A DNA stretch of 64,000 bases from a bacterium (GTDB taxonomy: Bacteria > Bacteroidota > Ignavibacteria > UBA10030). Of this stretch, positions 43,482 through 53,412 are shown piece by piece. Each line of letters starts with the position of its first letter. Positions within the stretch are counted from its first letter, which is position 1. The stretch is from contig JAZDJN010000087.1 of the NCBI GenBank assembly GCA_043803945.1, forward strand, positions 32,001-96,000. Direction: 5' to 3'. The notes beneath the pieces are model-generated. The model saw only the letters and a list, made by a program, of their open reading frames with translations, searched no databases and was not told the DNA's origin. Both the position numbers and the translations under genes were made by a program.

Positions 43482-45442
43482 GGAGACTGCTCTGCTTTCG
43501 GTAGAGTGAAATGGAATGCGCTTCCCTTGTTGACCTGGCTCTCAACCCATATGGTTCCGCCATGCACCTCAACGACTTCCTTCGCAATCGCCAGGCCAAG
43601 ACCCACACTTCCCGGCGTTGCATCATCCGATTGCCGCACCTGGATAAATTTATCAAAGATCGACTCGATGGCTTCAACCGGAATACCTCGGCCTGTATCG
43701 GTGACGGAAAATTTGACCTGCCTCTGCTCGGAAGTTATTGCCAGACGGACGATTCCCGCTTCGGGCGTATAGCGGAGAGCATTGCTCACGAGGTTGGAAA
43801 TTACCCAGATTAATTGTTGTTCGTCACCGGGTACTTCCAAAACCGCTGGATCGATGGAGAGGTCAAGTTTTATCCCCTTCTCTAAAAACTGCAACCGCAG
43901 CGGTTTGATCGCTTCGTCCACGAGATGATGAATATTCACCTGTTCACGCTTGAATTCGTATTTCCCCGATTCAAGCCGGGACAGGTTTAGAAGCTCCTTG
44001 ACGAGTTTTGTGAGCCGTTCACAATCGTCCTTCGCCGCAGCAATCAGATCACGCTGGGAAGGTGTAATCGTTCCGAGCACTTCCTGGGAGAGAATGTCAA
44101 TGGCCATATTGATTGAGGTCAGCGGTGTTCGAAATTCGTGCGACACCGTGGCGATGAACTCCGACTTCATATTGTCGAGGTTCTTGAACCGTGTCACATC
44201 CTGCAGCAGAGTCACCACTCCCTGAATCTCTCCACGTTCATCAATGATGGTTGTTTGGCGGGGGCGGAAGAAAAGTGTTTGCATATTCTTCTGCACGGTC
44301 ACTACGGAATCTTTCGACGATCGCTCGAGTTTTTCCATCTCCTCCGGATGAAGCAGGTAAGACCATTGATGTTGCTTCAAGACATCCTGTAATGGTTTTC
44401 CCTGCCAGTCCTGGTTGACGATCTCGAAGATTTGCTGAGCGGATTGGTTCATCTGCACCAGGCAATTGTGTTGATCGGTAACAAAGACCGGATCAGGAAT
44501 GCTGGTTGTGATTGCCTCCGATTTTTTCTTTTCAGCGATCAGTTGATGAACGTTCATCGCTTCGTACTGCCGAAGACGTTCGGTCATCTTATTAAACTCT
44601 TTTCCCAATTCGCTCAATTCATCATTCGTTGTAATATCGATTTTTTGATTCAGGTGGCCGCGTGAAATCTTCCGCACGGTCGCAGTTAATTTTTCAGCGG
44701 GTTCAACAATGTCGTGTACGAAGCGGATGCTCGAGATGATACTGAGGAAGATGGCTGTCAGCGAAGTAAGGAGAATAGCAAATATCGCGTTGTTCGACGC
44801 CTCACGCACAAAACGGTCTGCTTCTTCAAGGGAGATCTGATATGATTGCAGCAGTGACTCACAGTGATCTTTTAAGAGTGCGAGACGGGGCCTGACATTC
44901 TCATTAAAATAGCGCCGTGCATAGGGCTGGCGCTGGCTCGTTGGAAGCAAAAGATAGAACGAATCGGATGCTTCCAAATAGATTTTATAGTCTGCAATAA
45001 TCTTTGGAATCAGGGGATGTTTCAAATAGATTGAGGTAGTATCGTCAACCCGCTGCAATCCGGTCATGAACACGTCCCTATTACGGTTGAATATTCCCAG
45101 AGCAGCGTTGAAGTCATCTTTCAGCGGGCGTTCCATTACCGCATCTTTCAGATTCTCCCCCGAAAAACTTATATGAGAGGACAGCATGCCGTCCTGAATA
45201 CTTTCCTGCAGATTCAATGCCCGAACCATGTCCTGTGCACCGAGAAAACTCTTATAGCCCTGCATAATTTGTTTAACGGAAAAATCCAGTTCGGAAAAGT
45301 TATAAATCGCCACTCCGCTCGTCACAAGACTGATGCAGATGAGGAAAAAGTAACTGAAAACAATTTTAAACCGAATGCTTCCCATGGCGCTGAAAAAGTA
45401 TTGCTTTTTTGAAGTAAAGGCAAAGAAGAGCCCGTTATTCAT
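43478..45442 (-). CDS. Membrane sensor histidine kinase (periplasmic helical sensor-HAMP-PAS-HisKA-HATPase; KinB-like layout)
   Basis: Two TMs, HAMP (DELSELGKEFNKM), PAS, SHEFRTPLT, NLVSNALRY, DTGRGI and GLGLAI motifs; ATGA overlap with the regulator gene. Confidence 0.95.
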   Translation of the reverse strand: MNNGLFFAFTSKKQYFFSAMGSIRFKIVFSYFFLICISLVTSGVAIYNFSELDFSVKQIMQGYKSFLGAQDMVRALNLQESIQDGMLSSHISFSGENLKDAVMERPLKDDFNAALGIFNRNRDVFMTGLQRVDDTTSIYLKHPLIPKIIADYKIYLEASDSFYLLLPTSQRQPYARRYFNENVRPRLALLKDHCESLLQSYQISLEEADRFVREASNNAIFAILLTSLTAIFLSIISSIRFVHDIVEPAEKLTATVRKISRGHLNQKIDITTNDELSELGKEFNKMTERLRQYEAMNVHQLIAEKKKSEAITTSIPDPVFVTDQHNCLVQMNQSAQQIFEIVNQDWQGKPLQDVLKQHQWSYLLHPEEMEKLERSSKDSVVTVQKNMQTLFFRPRQTTIIDERGEIQGVVTLLQDVTRFKNLDNMKSEFIATVSHEFRTPLTSINMAIDILSQEVLGTITPSQRDLIAAAKDDCERLTKLVKELLNLSRLESGKYEFKREQVNIHHLVDEAIKPLRLQFLEKGIKLDLSIDPAVLEVPGDEQQLIWVISNLVSNALRYTPEAGIVRLAITSEQRQVKFSVTDTGRGIPVEAIESIFDKFIQVRQSDDATPGSVGLGLAIAKEVVEVHGGTIWVESQVNKGSAFHFTLPKAEQSP

Positions 45443-45705
45443 TTTACGCTGCTCTTGAGTGGCAGATTCTCAAAAATAACGGCTGTATGTAGTTGATAAT
45501 ATGATTGTCTGGAAGCCAGAATGCTGTTCGCCTATACCAGGATTCTCTTGTCTCATTCTGTAACTTATGCCTTTCATAAATCCGGTGTTTATCTTGGTTG
45601 CATACATCGTCCCATTCGCGTAGCAGCCATTTTTTCGCACTGAGCCAGGCTTCGTTGGACCATTCACTCAAGCAGTTTTAAAAAATCCTAATCTCTAAAA
45701 ATTCT

Positions 45706-45760
45706 TTGTTGATCCAGCAACTTTTTACTATACTGAGGCGTATTTAATGACCACGAGTCA
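45706..45760 (+). promoter_or_regulatory. Candidate sigma70 promoter and TetR-type operator
   Basis: TTGTTG-N17-TATACT (45706-45734), then TGAC-N5-GTCA (45748-45760) just before the tetR ATG. Confidence 0.5.
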
Positions 45761-45777
45761 GTAATTTTACAAGGGTA

Positions 45778-46458
45778 ATGATGGGGATTTTAGAAAGAAA
45801 AGGAAGAGAAAAAGAACATCGTAAAGCTGAAATCCTTCAGGCAGCGCATGAGATCTTTTTTGAAAAGGGATTGCAGAACACCACCATGGATGAGATCGCC
45901 GAAAAGGCGGAACTCAGCAAGGGAACCCTTTATCTCTACTATAAAAGCAAGGAAGATCTCTACCTTGCCGTGATGATGGAAGGACTGCATGTGCTGTATG
46001 ACCTCTTTGAGCAGGTGATTGATACCAAGGAGTCTGTTCCGGTACGATTGAAGAATCTTGGCGAGGTATATTTCAAATATTATAATGAGCATAAGAACTA
46101 CTTCAGAATGTTCTACTACTTCCAGCATCCCCACTTCCATAAGCAAGTTTCTCCTGAAATGATGCAGTCGTGCACAATTGAAAATCAGCGGTTATGGAAA
46201 CTCATTTTGGATCTCATCGATCTCGGAATTCGCGAGGGAGATGTCCGGCCAAACATCAATTCGTCGGAAGTTGGACTTATCCTTTGGACAACGTCAGCAG
46301 CGCTCCTCACAAAGCTCGATATGCAATACGAGTATTTCAAACAGGCAATGAATGTAGACCTGGTTCATGTTTACCAGGCAGCCAATGCTTTGCTTCTCGA
46401 TTCTCTGCTCACCGAGCAAGGAAAACAGAAGTACGAACACCACGGCACCGTTTCCTAA
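45778..46458 (+). CDS. TetR/AcrR-family transcriptional regulator
   Basis: ILQAAHEIFFEKG...TMDEIAEKAELSKGTLYLYYKSKEDL HTH. Confidence 0.95.
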   Translation: MMGILERKGREKEHRKAEILQAAHEIFFEKGLQNTTMDEIAEKAELSKGTLYLYYKSKEDLYLAVMMEGLHVLYDLFEQVIDTKESVPVRLKNLGEVYFKYYNEHKNYFRMFYYFQHPHFHKQVSPEMMQSCTIENQRLWKLILDLIDLGIREGDVRPNINSSEVGLILWTTSAALLTKLDMQYEYFKQAMNVDLVHVYQAANALLLDSLLTEQGKQKYEHHGTVS

Positions 46459-46539
46459 AAACACTCACTCTGGAATCAGACACTATACAAGGATTATCGA
46501 ACTCACGTGCAATCAGTACTCCATCATCAAGGACAATTT

Positions 46540-47907
46540 ATGAAGAACACTTACCGGATTATCCTTACCCTGTTTCTTTTCGCAGGATTGAGTACACCAA
46601 AACTACCCGCGCAGCAGAGTCAGGCAAAGATTTTTACACTCGAAGAAGCGGTCCGAATCGCCATGCAGAAAAATCCTGACCTGATTTCTGCCCGGCTTGA
46701 GGTTGACCGGGCTGATGCAAGAGTCTCGGAAGCCATCGGGACTGCATTACCCTCCATAACCCTCGCAGGGCAATACAGCCATGCGTTTAAGAAGCCTGTT
46801 TTCTTTCTCCCAAATTTCTTTGCTGACAGGCCCAATGAAATCGTTGCCATTGAAATGGGTACCAAGCATTCCATCAACTCGTCGTTGACTGTCAGCCAGA
46901 TACTCTTTAACGCTGCAGTCATCACGGGTGTTGGTGTTGCCAAGATTTACTCGGGTGCAGCGCGTGAACTATTACGGGCAAAAGAAGTTGAAACCGTTGC
47001 AAAAACACGGAAGGCGTTTTACGGAGCGCTCATGACGAAGGAAGTTGTACAAATGATGCGCCAAACACTTAAAAATGCCGAAGACAATCTCCGGAACGTA
47101 CAGGTGATGGGCAAACAGGGTATTGTCTCCGAGTACGATCAACTCCGCGCAGAGGTGGGTATTGCAAATTTGAGGCCGATGATCCTTCAGGCAGAAAACA
47201 ATTACGCTTTGGCTCTCGATGGATTGCGAAACACGATCGGGCTCGGTGTCAACGACCAGGTTGACATCGCAGGTATGTTGAAATTCGAACCGGTCGATCC
47301 TCTGCTGCTCGAAGGAGCAACCGAAAAAGTTCTCGAAGCGAACTACGGATTGCGCGCCATGCGGATGAACCTGGAAATCAGCGATGCAGTCGTCAGCATC
47401 AACAAATCGGAATATTACCCGACACTTGCTGCCTTCGGCAATTATCAGTACCAGCTTGCAAAAAATTCCTTCAACATTAGTCCGAACGATTTTATCGCCA
47501 GCTCGTCGGTGGGATTGAGCCTCTCCATCAATCTCTTTAACGGGCTTCAAACTAGTTCACGCGTCGAGCAAGCCAAGCTCGAGCTTCAAAAAGCTCACGA
47601 ACAGTTTAACGGCATGGAGAAAAACATTCGTACGGGAACACACTCGGTTCTGCTCCAACTCAAGCAGGCACACCAGCGCTATGAGGCACAGGGAATGACC
47701 GTTGAACAGGCGCAACGCGGATACAAGATTGCCACGACACGATTCACCAGCGGTGTTGGCACTCAACTTGAGGTTAATGACGCCCAGCTTGCACTGACGC
47801 AGGCGCAGGTCAATCGCATCCAGGCAATTTTCGATTATCTCAATGCTGCCGCCGACTTTGATCAACTTCTGAGCCGCTTGCCGCTCTATGCGACATCAAC
47901 AAATTGA
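46540..47907 (+). CDS. TolC-family outer membrane efflux protein
   Basis: Signal peptide from the ATG at 46540; TLEEAVRIAMQKNP, SEYYPTL, LFNGLQT and GVGTQLEVNDAQ motifs. Confidence 0.92.
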   Translation: MKNTYRIILTLFLFAGLSTPKLPAQQSQAKIFTLEEAVRIAMQKNPDLISARLEVDRADARVSEAIGTALPSITLAGQYSHAFKKPVFFLPNFFADRPNEIVAIEMGTKHSINSSLTVSQILFNAAVITGVGVAKIYSGAARELLRAKEVETVAKTRKAFYGALMTKEVVQMMRQTLKNAEDNLRNVQVMGKQGIVSEYDQLRAEVGIANLRPMILQAENNYALALDGLRNTIGLGVNDQVDIAGMLKFEPVDPLLLEGATEKVLEANYGLRAMRMNLEISDAVVSINKSEYYPTLAAFGNYQYQLAKNSFNISPNDFIASSSVGLSLSINLFNGLQTSSRVEQAKLELQKAHEQFNGMEKNIRTGTHSVLLQLKQAHQRYEAQGMTVEQAQRGYKIATTRFTSGVGTQLEVNDAQLALTQAQVNRIQAIFDYLNAAADFDQLLSRLPLYATSTN

Positions 47908-47943
47908 ACATTCATAATCAACCTTACAACTGAGAGGTACCCT

Positions 47944-48990
47944 ATGAAACATTTTCAACTGTTCTTTGCTGTGCTCATCCTCGGTCTCAGCGCAATGATT
48001 TCTTCTTGCTCAAAACATGAGGCTACGACTACATCCAAGAACGATGTGCAGGTGGTTCCTGTCAAAGTTCAAGAAATGAAACCGGAGCCGTTTACCGATG
48101 CTATCCAAATTGCAGGGACGGTAAAGGCACAAGAGGATATTATGCTTAGCCCTCTCGAAGGAGGCATCGTCAAGGAATGGAAGGTCCGCAAGGGCGACGC
48201 TGTGAAAAAAGGACAAGTTCTGGGCCTGCTTGAAGATGATATCCTCAAAGCGGGCTATAACGCGGCTTCTGCGCAGCAGAAAGTGGCTCAATTGAATTTC
48301 GAAAAGCAAGGAAAGGTGTTCAACGAACAGGGAATCAGTGAGTTGCAGTATAAAAGCATAGAGTATGGCCGAGACGCCGCAAAAGCACAAGCCGACCTGA
48401 TGAAGGCCCGGTTGGATCATACAGAACTTCGCAGTCCCATCGACGGAATTTTTGACGACTATATGGTTGATGAGGGCGAAATGGCACCCCCGGGGGTACC
48501 CATTGCTCATCTCGTTAACACCGAGAAGATCAAAATTGCTGGCGAGATCCCCGAACGATTTGCAGGTGCAGTGCGAATCGGTACACCGGCTCTCATTACA
48601 CTTGATGCTGTCCCGGGCCAGGTGATCCATGGTAAAGTAACCTATGTCAGTGCATCGATCTCTCCAATCAGCCGATCGCTTCCAATCGAAATTGCTATTG
48701 GAAGCCGAAGTGGTAAAGTGAAGCCGGAGATGATTGCAAAGCTGCAGGTGCAGCGTGTCTCTAAATCTAATGCACTTTTACTAAGTGAAGATGTCGTTCA
48801 GCTTGTCGATCTCAACAGGTATGTGGTGTTTGTCGAAAAAAACGGAAACGCCGAAGAGCGTCAAGTAAAAGTTGGTGCACGGGTTGGAAAACTCATTGAA
48901 ATCGTCGAGGGATTGAAAGCTGGTGATCGCGTGATCATCGTTGGATTCCAGAAGCTCGTCAATGGTCAACCTGTCATGATCATCAGATAA
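47944..48990 (+). CDS. RND efflux membrane fusion (periplasmic adaptor) lipoprotein
   Basis: ISS-C lipobox; GDAVKKGQVL, LRSPIDGI and GLKAGDRVI motifs. Confidence 0.93.
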   Translation: MKHFQLFFAVLILGLSAMISSCSKHEATTTSKNDVQVVPVKVQEMKPEPFTDAIQIAGTVKAQEDIMLSPLEGGIVKEWKVRKGDAVKKGQVLGLLEDDILKAGYNAASAQQKVAQLNFEKQGKVFNEQGISELQYKSIEYGRDAAKAQADLMKARLDHTELRSPIDGIFDDYMVDEGEMAPPGVPIAHLVNTEKIKIAGEIPERFAGAVRIGTPALITLDAVPGQVIHGKVTYVSASISPISRSLPIEIAIGSRSGKVKPEMIAKLQVQRVSKSNALLLSEDVVQLVDLNRYVVFVEKNGNAEERQVKVGARVGKLIEIVEGLKAGDRVIIVGFQKLVNGQPVMIIR

Positions 48991-49022
48991 AACGGCTCAC
49001 GAGAAAGAAAGAGAGTGCAACC

Positions 49023-52000
49023 ATGAAAATTTGGAGTATAGCCGTAGACAACAAAGTTGCGGTGTACATCTTAATGATATTGATCGTTATCGTTGGATAT
49101 GGTGCCTACACGGGGCTCCCACGAGAAGCTGCCCCCGATGTCACCATCCCTCTGGTCATTGTTTCCGTCCCATACATTGGAGTCTCACCCGAAGATATCG
49201 AAGGGCTTGTAACCCAGCCGCTGGAACGGGGATTGAAATCTCTGAAGGACATCAAGCAAATTTCTTCAGTGTGCAAGGAGGGTCTTGCTACAATCCGCGT
49301 CGAGTTTAATACCGGGGTAGATATTGATGAGGCACTGCGTCGGGTGCGCGATAAAGTCAGCTCTACACGTCCACAAATGCCGACCGATATTCTTGAACCG
49401 ATTATCTCCGAGATCAACATAAGCGAGTTTCCCATTATGTATGTCAATGTTACGGGAGATGTTGGCCTCGCGCGCCTGAAAAAAACCGCAGATAACATTC
49501 AAGATAAAGTTGAGGCAATCAGCGGAGTGATCCGTGCGGATATTATCGGCGCACTTGAGCCGGAGATTCAAGTCAATGCCGATGTCCACCGGTTAAATGC
49601 TCTGCAGGTGAGTTTTGATGATCTCGTCGGTGCGGTGCGCGCAGAAAACCTTTCTATTCCCGGTGGATCGATCGACACCAAAGAAACGAACCTTTCCATT
49701 CGGATTCCCGGTGAGTTCAAGGAGGTAAAACCCATCGAAAATATTGTGGTGAAGATTCAGAACGGAAAACCGATCTACGTCCGGGATGTTGCAAAAGTCG
49801 ATTACTCCTTTGAAGATCGGAAAACGTATGCACGGCTGAACGGTGCCGAGGTTGTCTCGCTGGGTGTTCGCAAACGAGCGGGGGAAAATCTTCTCCGCAT
49901 TACCGACGAAGTGAAGGCTATCGTCCACGATGAGCAATTGAAACTTCCCTCGGGTATCAAGATCGAAATATCAAACGATCAATCGATCTTTGTACGGCGA
50001 ACGAATAAAGAGCTTGAGAATAGTATCATGACAGGTATGTTTCTCGTGGTGATGTCCCTGTTCATGTTTTTCGGCTTCAAGAATTCATTGCTCATCTCAA
50101 CAGCCATTCCATTATCCATGTTCATCGGATTTGCCGTGCTGTCCGCATTCAACATTACACTGAACATGGTTGTCCTTTTTGCCCTGGTGCTGGTGCTCGG
50201 CATTCTTGTGGATGATGCCATTGTGGTTATTGAAAATATCTACCGTCACCAGCAAGAATACCATGAATCTCCTGCGAACGCTGCAAAGAAAGCAGCCGGC
50301 GAAGTGTTTGTTCCGGTATTGACATCGACAATTACAACCCTTTCGGCATTCTTCCCGCTGCTTCTGTGGCCTGGAATCGTTGGCGACTTTATGAAGTATT
50401 TACCAATCACACTAATTATCACACTCACGGCGTCACTGTTTGTTGCGTATGTGATCAGCCCGGTCCAAGGAGCTCAATGGATCGATTATCGAAAAGAAAT
50501 TCGCAAAGCTCGTGAGAACCTCCTCCATCCGCACTGGTATAAAAAATACAATCCCTTCACCATCCTCTATCATAAAGTAGACGAGGTGGTGTTTCCTGCC
50601 ATTCAACGGGAATACGTGAAGGCTCTTCGCTGGACCCTGAAACGACGAGGACTCTCCATAGCCGGAATTATAGGATTATTGCTTTTCGTCTTTGTCCTGT
50701 ACGGTATATTCAATAAGGGAGTAGAATTCTTCCCGACAACGGAGCCCTCTTCGGTTAACGTCACGATCGAAACACCTCCAGGTACATCGCTTGATGTGAC
50801 AAACGACATAACGAAAAAACTCGAAGAGCGTATCGCCACCATTCCCGGAAGAAAAGATATAGAATTTATTTCTTCCAGTGTTGGCACTTCTGACGATCCT
50901 TTCGATTTCGGAGGACAGGGTACTTCAAATAAAGCGACTGTAGCAATCAACTTTTTTGAGAAAGCAAAACGCCAACAAAACACATTTCAAACGCTCGAGG
51001 AAATCCGTCATCAGTCAGCGGGTTTTGCCGGAGCAGAGCTGCGCGTAGCCAAACGAGAAATGGGCCCCCCGGTTGGTGCACCTGTCAGCATCGAAATCTC
51101 CGGGGAAGATTACAATCAACTGGCAACTTTGAGCAACTCGGTCCGTGAACAGATTAAGAGCATTGCCGGTCTCCACGATTTGAAAACTGATTTCAATGCG
51201 GGCCGACCAGAGATTCAAGTTCTTGTGGATCGCGAGAAAGCTGGATTAATGTGGTCGAGCACCGGACAGATTGCCGGCACTGTTCGGGCGGCAATCAGCG
51301 GCGTTGAGGCATCCAAATATCGCATTGGAGAGGATGAGTATAAAATCCGCGTACGGCTCGAAGAAGATCAACGGACTTCTCCAAATGATCTACAAAACCT
51401 TCGGATCAACTTTATGAACCGACGGGGTCAGCTTCTCTCAATTCCACTGACCTCTGTCGCCGATATCAGCAGAACGAAGGCTGTATCTGATATACGACGG
51501 AAAGATCAGAAACGTGTCATCACCGTCAGCGGTGAAGTCGAAGGACGGGTGCCCTCTGAAGTGCTGAGCGAAGTGAAGACACGCCTGGCGAAAATGGACC
51601 TTCCGGAAAACTATACCCTCAAGTACACAGGAAAAGATGAGGAACAAAATAAGGCAGCGGCATTCCTCAGCAAAGCGTTTATTATCACCATTTTCCTCGT
51701 CTTCTTGATCATGGTCTCTGAATTCAATTCGGTTAAAGTGCCTATCATCATCATGTTTTCGGTTCTCCTTTCCCTGATTGGAGTGCTGATCGGTCTTATT
51801 GTAACACAGACTTCGTTTAGTGTTATCATGACCGGGGTCGGAGTCATTGCATTGATTGGTCTTGTGGTAAGAAACGGTATCGTGCTGCTCGATTTCGTCA
51901 AACATAAGAGAGCCGAGGGTGCGAGCCTGGATGACGCACTCGTTGAAGCAGGGCGGATTCGATTGCGCCCGGTACTATTGACGGCAGTTGCCACCGTGCT

Positions 52001-52256
52001 CGGCGTATTACCTTTGGCGACCGGAATCGATTTCGATTGGCAACAATTTCACTTTGTCATCGGTGCAGAGAGCGCATCATTCTGGAGGCCGCTCGGTATC
52101 GCCATTATCTTCGGCCTTTCGATCTCTACATTCTTAACTTTGGTGATTGTTCCGACGCTCTACTCTCTGCTGGAAAGCTGGGAACTTGGTATCGCAAGCT
52201 TCTTCAGACGATTTAAACGTGCTGAGGACGAGACCGAACCTGCAATCAACAAGTAA
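49023..52256 (+). CDS. RND efflux permease (AcrB/MdtB-like)
   Basis: 1077 aa; GILVDDAIVVIEN, VVRNGIVLLD and RLRPVLLT motifs. Confidence 0.96.
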   Translation: MKIWSIAVDNKVAVYILMILIVIVGYGAYTGLPREAAPDVTIPLVIVSVPYIGVSPEDIEGLVTQPLERGLKSLKDIKQISSVCKEGLATIRVEFNTGVDIDEALRRVRDKVSSTRPQMPTDILEPIISEINISEFPIMYVNVTGDVGLARLKKTADNIQDKVEAISGVIRADIIGALEPEIQVNADVHRLNALQVSFDDLVGAVRAENLSIPGGSIDTKETNLSIRIPGEFKEVKPIENIVVKIQNGKPIYVRDVAKVDYSFEDRKTYARLNGAEVVSLGVRKRAGENLLRITDEVKAIVHDEQLKLPSGIKIEISNDQSIFVRRTNKELENSIMTGMFLVVMSLFMFFGFKNSLLISTAIPLSMFIGFAVLSAFNITLNMVVLFALVLVLGILVDDAIVVIENIYRHQQEYHESPANAAKKAAGEVFVPVLTSTITTLSAFFPLLLWPGIVGDFMKYLPITLIITLTASLFVAYVISPVQGAQWIDYRKEIRKARENLLHPHWYKKYNPFTILYHKVDEVVFPAIQREYVKALRWTLKRRGLSIAGIIGLLLFVFVLYGIFNKGVEFFPTTEPSSVNVTIETPPGTSLDVTNDITKKLEERIATIPGRKDIEFISSSVGTSDDPFDFGGQGTSNKATVAINFFEKAKRQQNTFQTLEEIRHQSAGFAGAELRVAKREMGPPVGAPVSIEISGEDYNQLATLSNSVREQIKSIAGLHDLKTDFNAGRPEIQVLVDREKAGLMWSSTGQIAGTVRAAISGVEASKYRIGEDEYKIRVRLEEDQRTSPNDLQNLRINFMNRRGQLLSIPLTSVADISRTKAVSDIRRKDQKRVITVSGEVEGRVPSEVLSEVKTRLAKMDLPENYTLKYTGKDEEQNKAAAFLSKAFIITIFLVFLIMVSEFNSVKVPIIIMFSVLLSLIGVLIGLIVTQTSFSVIMTGVGVIALIGLVVRNGIVLLDFVKHKRAEGASLDDALVEAGRIRLRPVLLTAVATVLGVLPLATGIDFDWQQFHFVIGAESASFWRPLGIAIIFGLSISTFLTLVIVPTLYSLLESWELGIASFFRRFKRAEDETEPAINK

Positions 52257-52322
52257 TTCCTTTAATCAACGAATCATTTCCAAACAGTCATTACCGAAGG
52301 AAAAGGCAAACAGATTATTAAG

Positions 52323-52640
52323 ATGTCACCCGATGATGCAGTCCAGCGATTGACAAAGAAACTCTGCTTGACAGAAGAGCAGGTAAAAAAGGTAACGAAG
52401 TTTTATAATAATCATCAACAAGAGCTTGAAAAGGAGATTGCTCTTGCCCGCGTTCAAAGCGAGATGGAGGCAGCGGCATCCGGAGGGGGAGTTCGAACAA
52501 TAAAAATGGGTGGGAACCTCCAGGCAAAACTGGATAAGAATATTGAATCAATCTTAACGCCGAAGCAAAAAAAGGGATTTGAGAAGTTGAAGCTCGAGCG
52601 AACATTGGCCCAACCCAAAATGATGATGCTGAAACAATAA
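52323..52640 (+). CDS. Small helical LTxxQ-motif (Spy/CpxP-like) protein, possibly 5'-truncated
   Basis: LCLTEEQ and ILTPKQ motifs; no signal peptide; resembles the next gene. Confidence 0.5.
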   Translation: MSPDDAVQRLTKKLCLTEEQVKKVTKFYNNHQQELEKEIALARVQSEMEAAASGGGVRTIKMGGNLQAKLDKNIESILTPKQKKGFEKLKLERTLAQPKMMMLKQ

Positions 52641-52865
52641 ACGGAGTTCAAGATAATTATCGAAAATTGGGATAAATAAGGCCTTTTGTCCGGCTGTTGT
52701 AATCCTTGTTGTTAAACTTAGCCTCTCTTCGATGAGTCCAACAACCGTGGGTGATTCTTACCGCTAAATATTTTTTTTACAGAACCTATTGGGATTTTTA
52801 TCGTTATTATCAGTACGTTGATTCGAGTAATCCACACAATACAATCACATAATTCAGGAGTACCT

Positions 52866-53255
52866 ATGAAAAAATTTGTCGCAGTCATCGCTGTTCTTCT
52901 CTTTGTTGCCGTTGCGTTCCAGGCAGCAGTTGCTCAAGGAATGGGTGGTGGCCAAGGACGTGCACCGCGCACACCTGCGGATCAGGCAAAATCGCTGAAG
53001 GACAGTCTTTCCCTTACAGATGAGCAGGTAGCCAAAGTTACAACGGTTTATGAAGAGCAGGCGAAAGAAAGGACCGCCATGATGGAGCAGATGCAAGGTG
53101 GCGATCCGGAAGCCAGGAGAACAGCTATGCAGGAATTTCAGACGAAGTATACTGAGAAAATCATGAAGCTTTTAGATGATACACAGAAAAAGAAATACGA
53201 AGAAATGCAGAAAGCGATGCAGGCACGCAGGGGCCAGCGCCAACGCAACAACTAA
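52866..53255 (+). CDS. Exported LTxxQ-motif (Spy/CpxP-like) helical protein
   Basis: AGGAG RBS; signal peptide MKKFVAVIAVLL...AVA; LSLTDEQ and LLDDTQKKKY motifs. Confidence 0.8.
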   Translation: MKKFVAVIAVLLFVAVAFQAAVAQGMGGGQGRAPRTPADQAKSLKDSLSLTDEQVAKVTTVYEEQAKERTAMMEQMQGGDPEARRTAMQEFQTKYTEKIMKLLDDTQKKKYEEMQKAMQARRGQRQRNN

Positions 53256-53275
53256 TCTGGAGAGTCTATGTAATC

Positions 53276-53320
53276 AGGCGGATACAGTCTTCTTGCGAAG
53301 AGGTGTCCGCCTTTTGCTTT
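53276..53320 (+). terminator. Intrinsic terminator
   Basis: AGGCGGATAC / GTGTCCGCCT stem with an inner hairpin, followed by TTTGCTTT. Confidence 0.7.
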
Positions 53321-53412
53321 CCTGGAGGAAGTGCCCACGATTCTCCAGACCATATTGTTGATGTGAAAGATTAAACCTCTTGGTGGCCCGTTCTTCGAAA
53401 GGAATTTGATCT

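Noticed and set aside
45444-45671. Short ORFs between the kinase and tetR genes
   Set aside because: No RBS or recognisable motif; probably a divergent promoter region.
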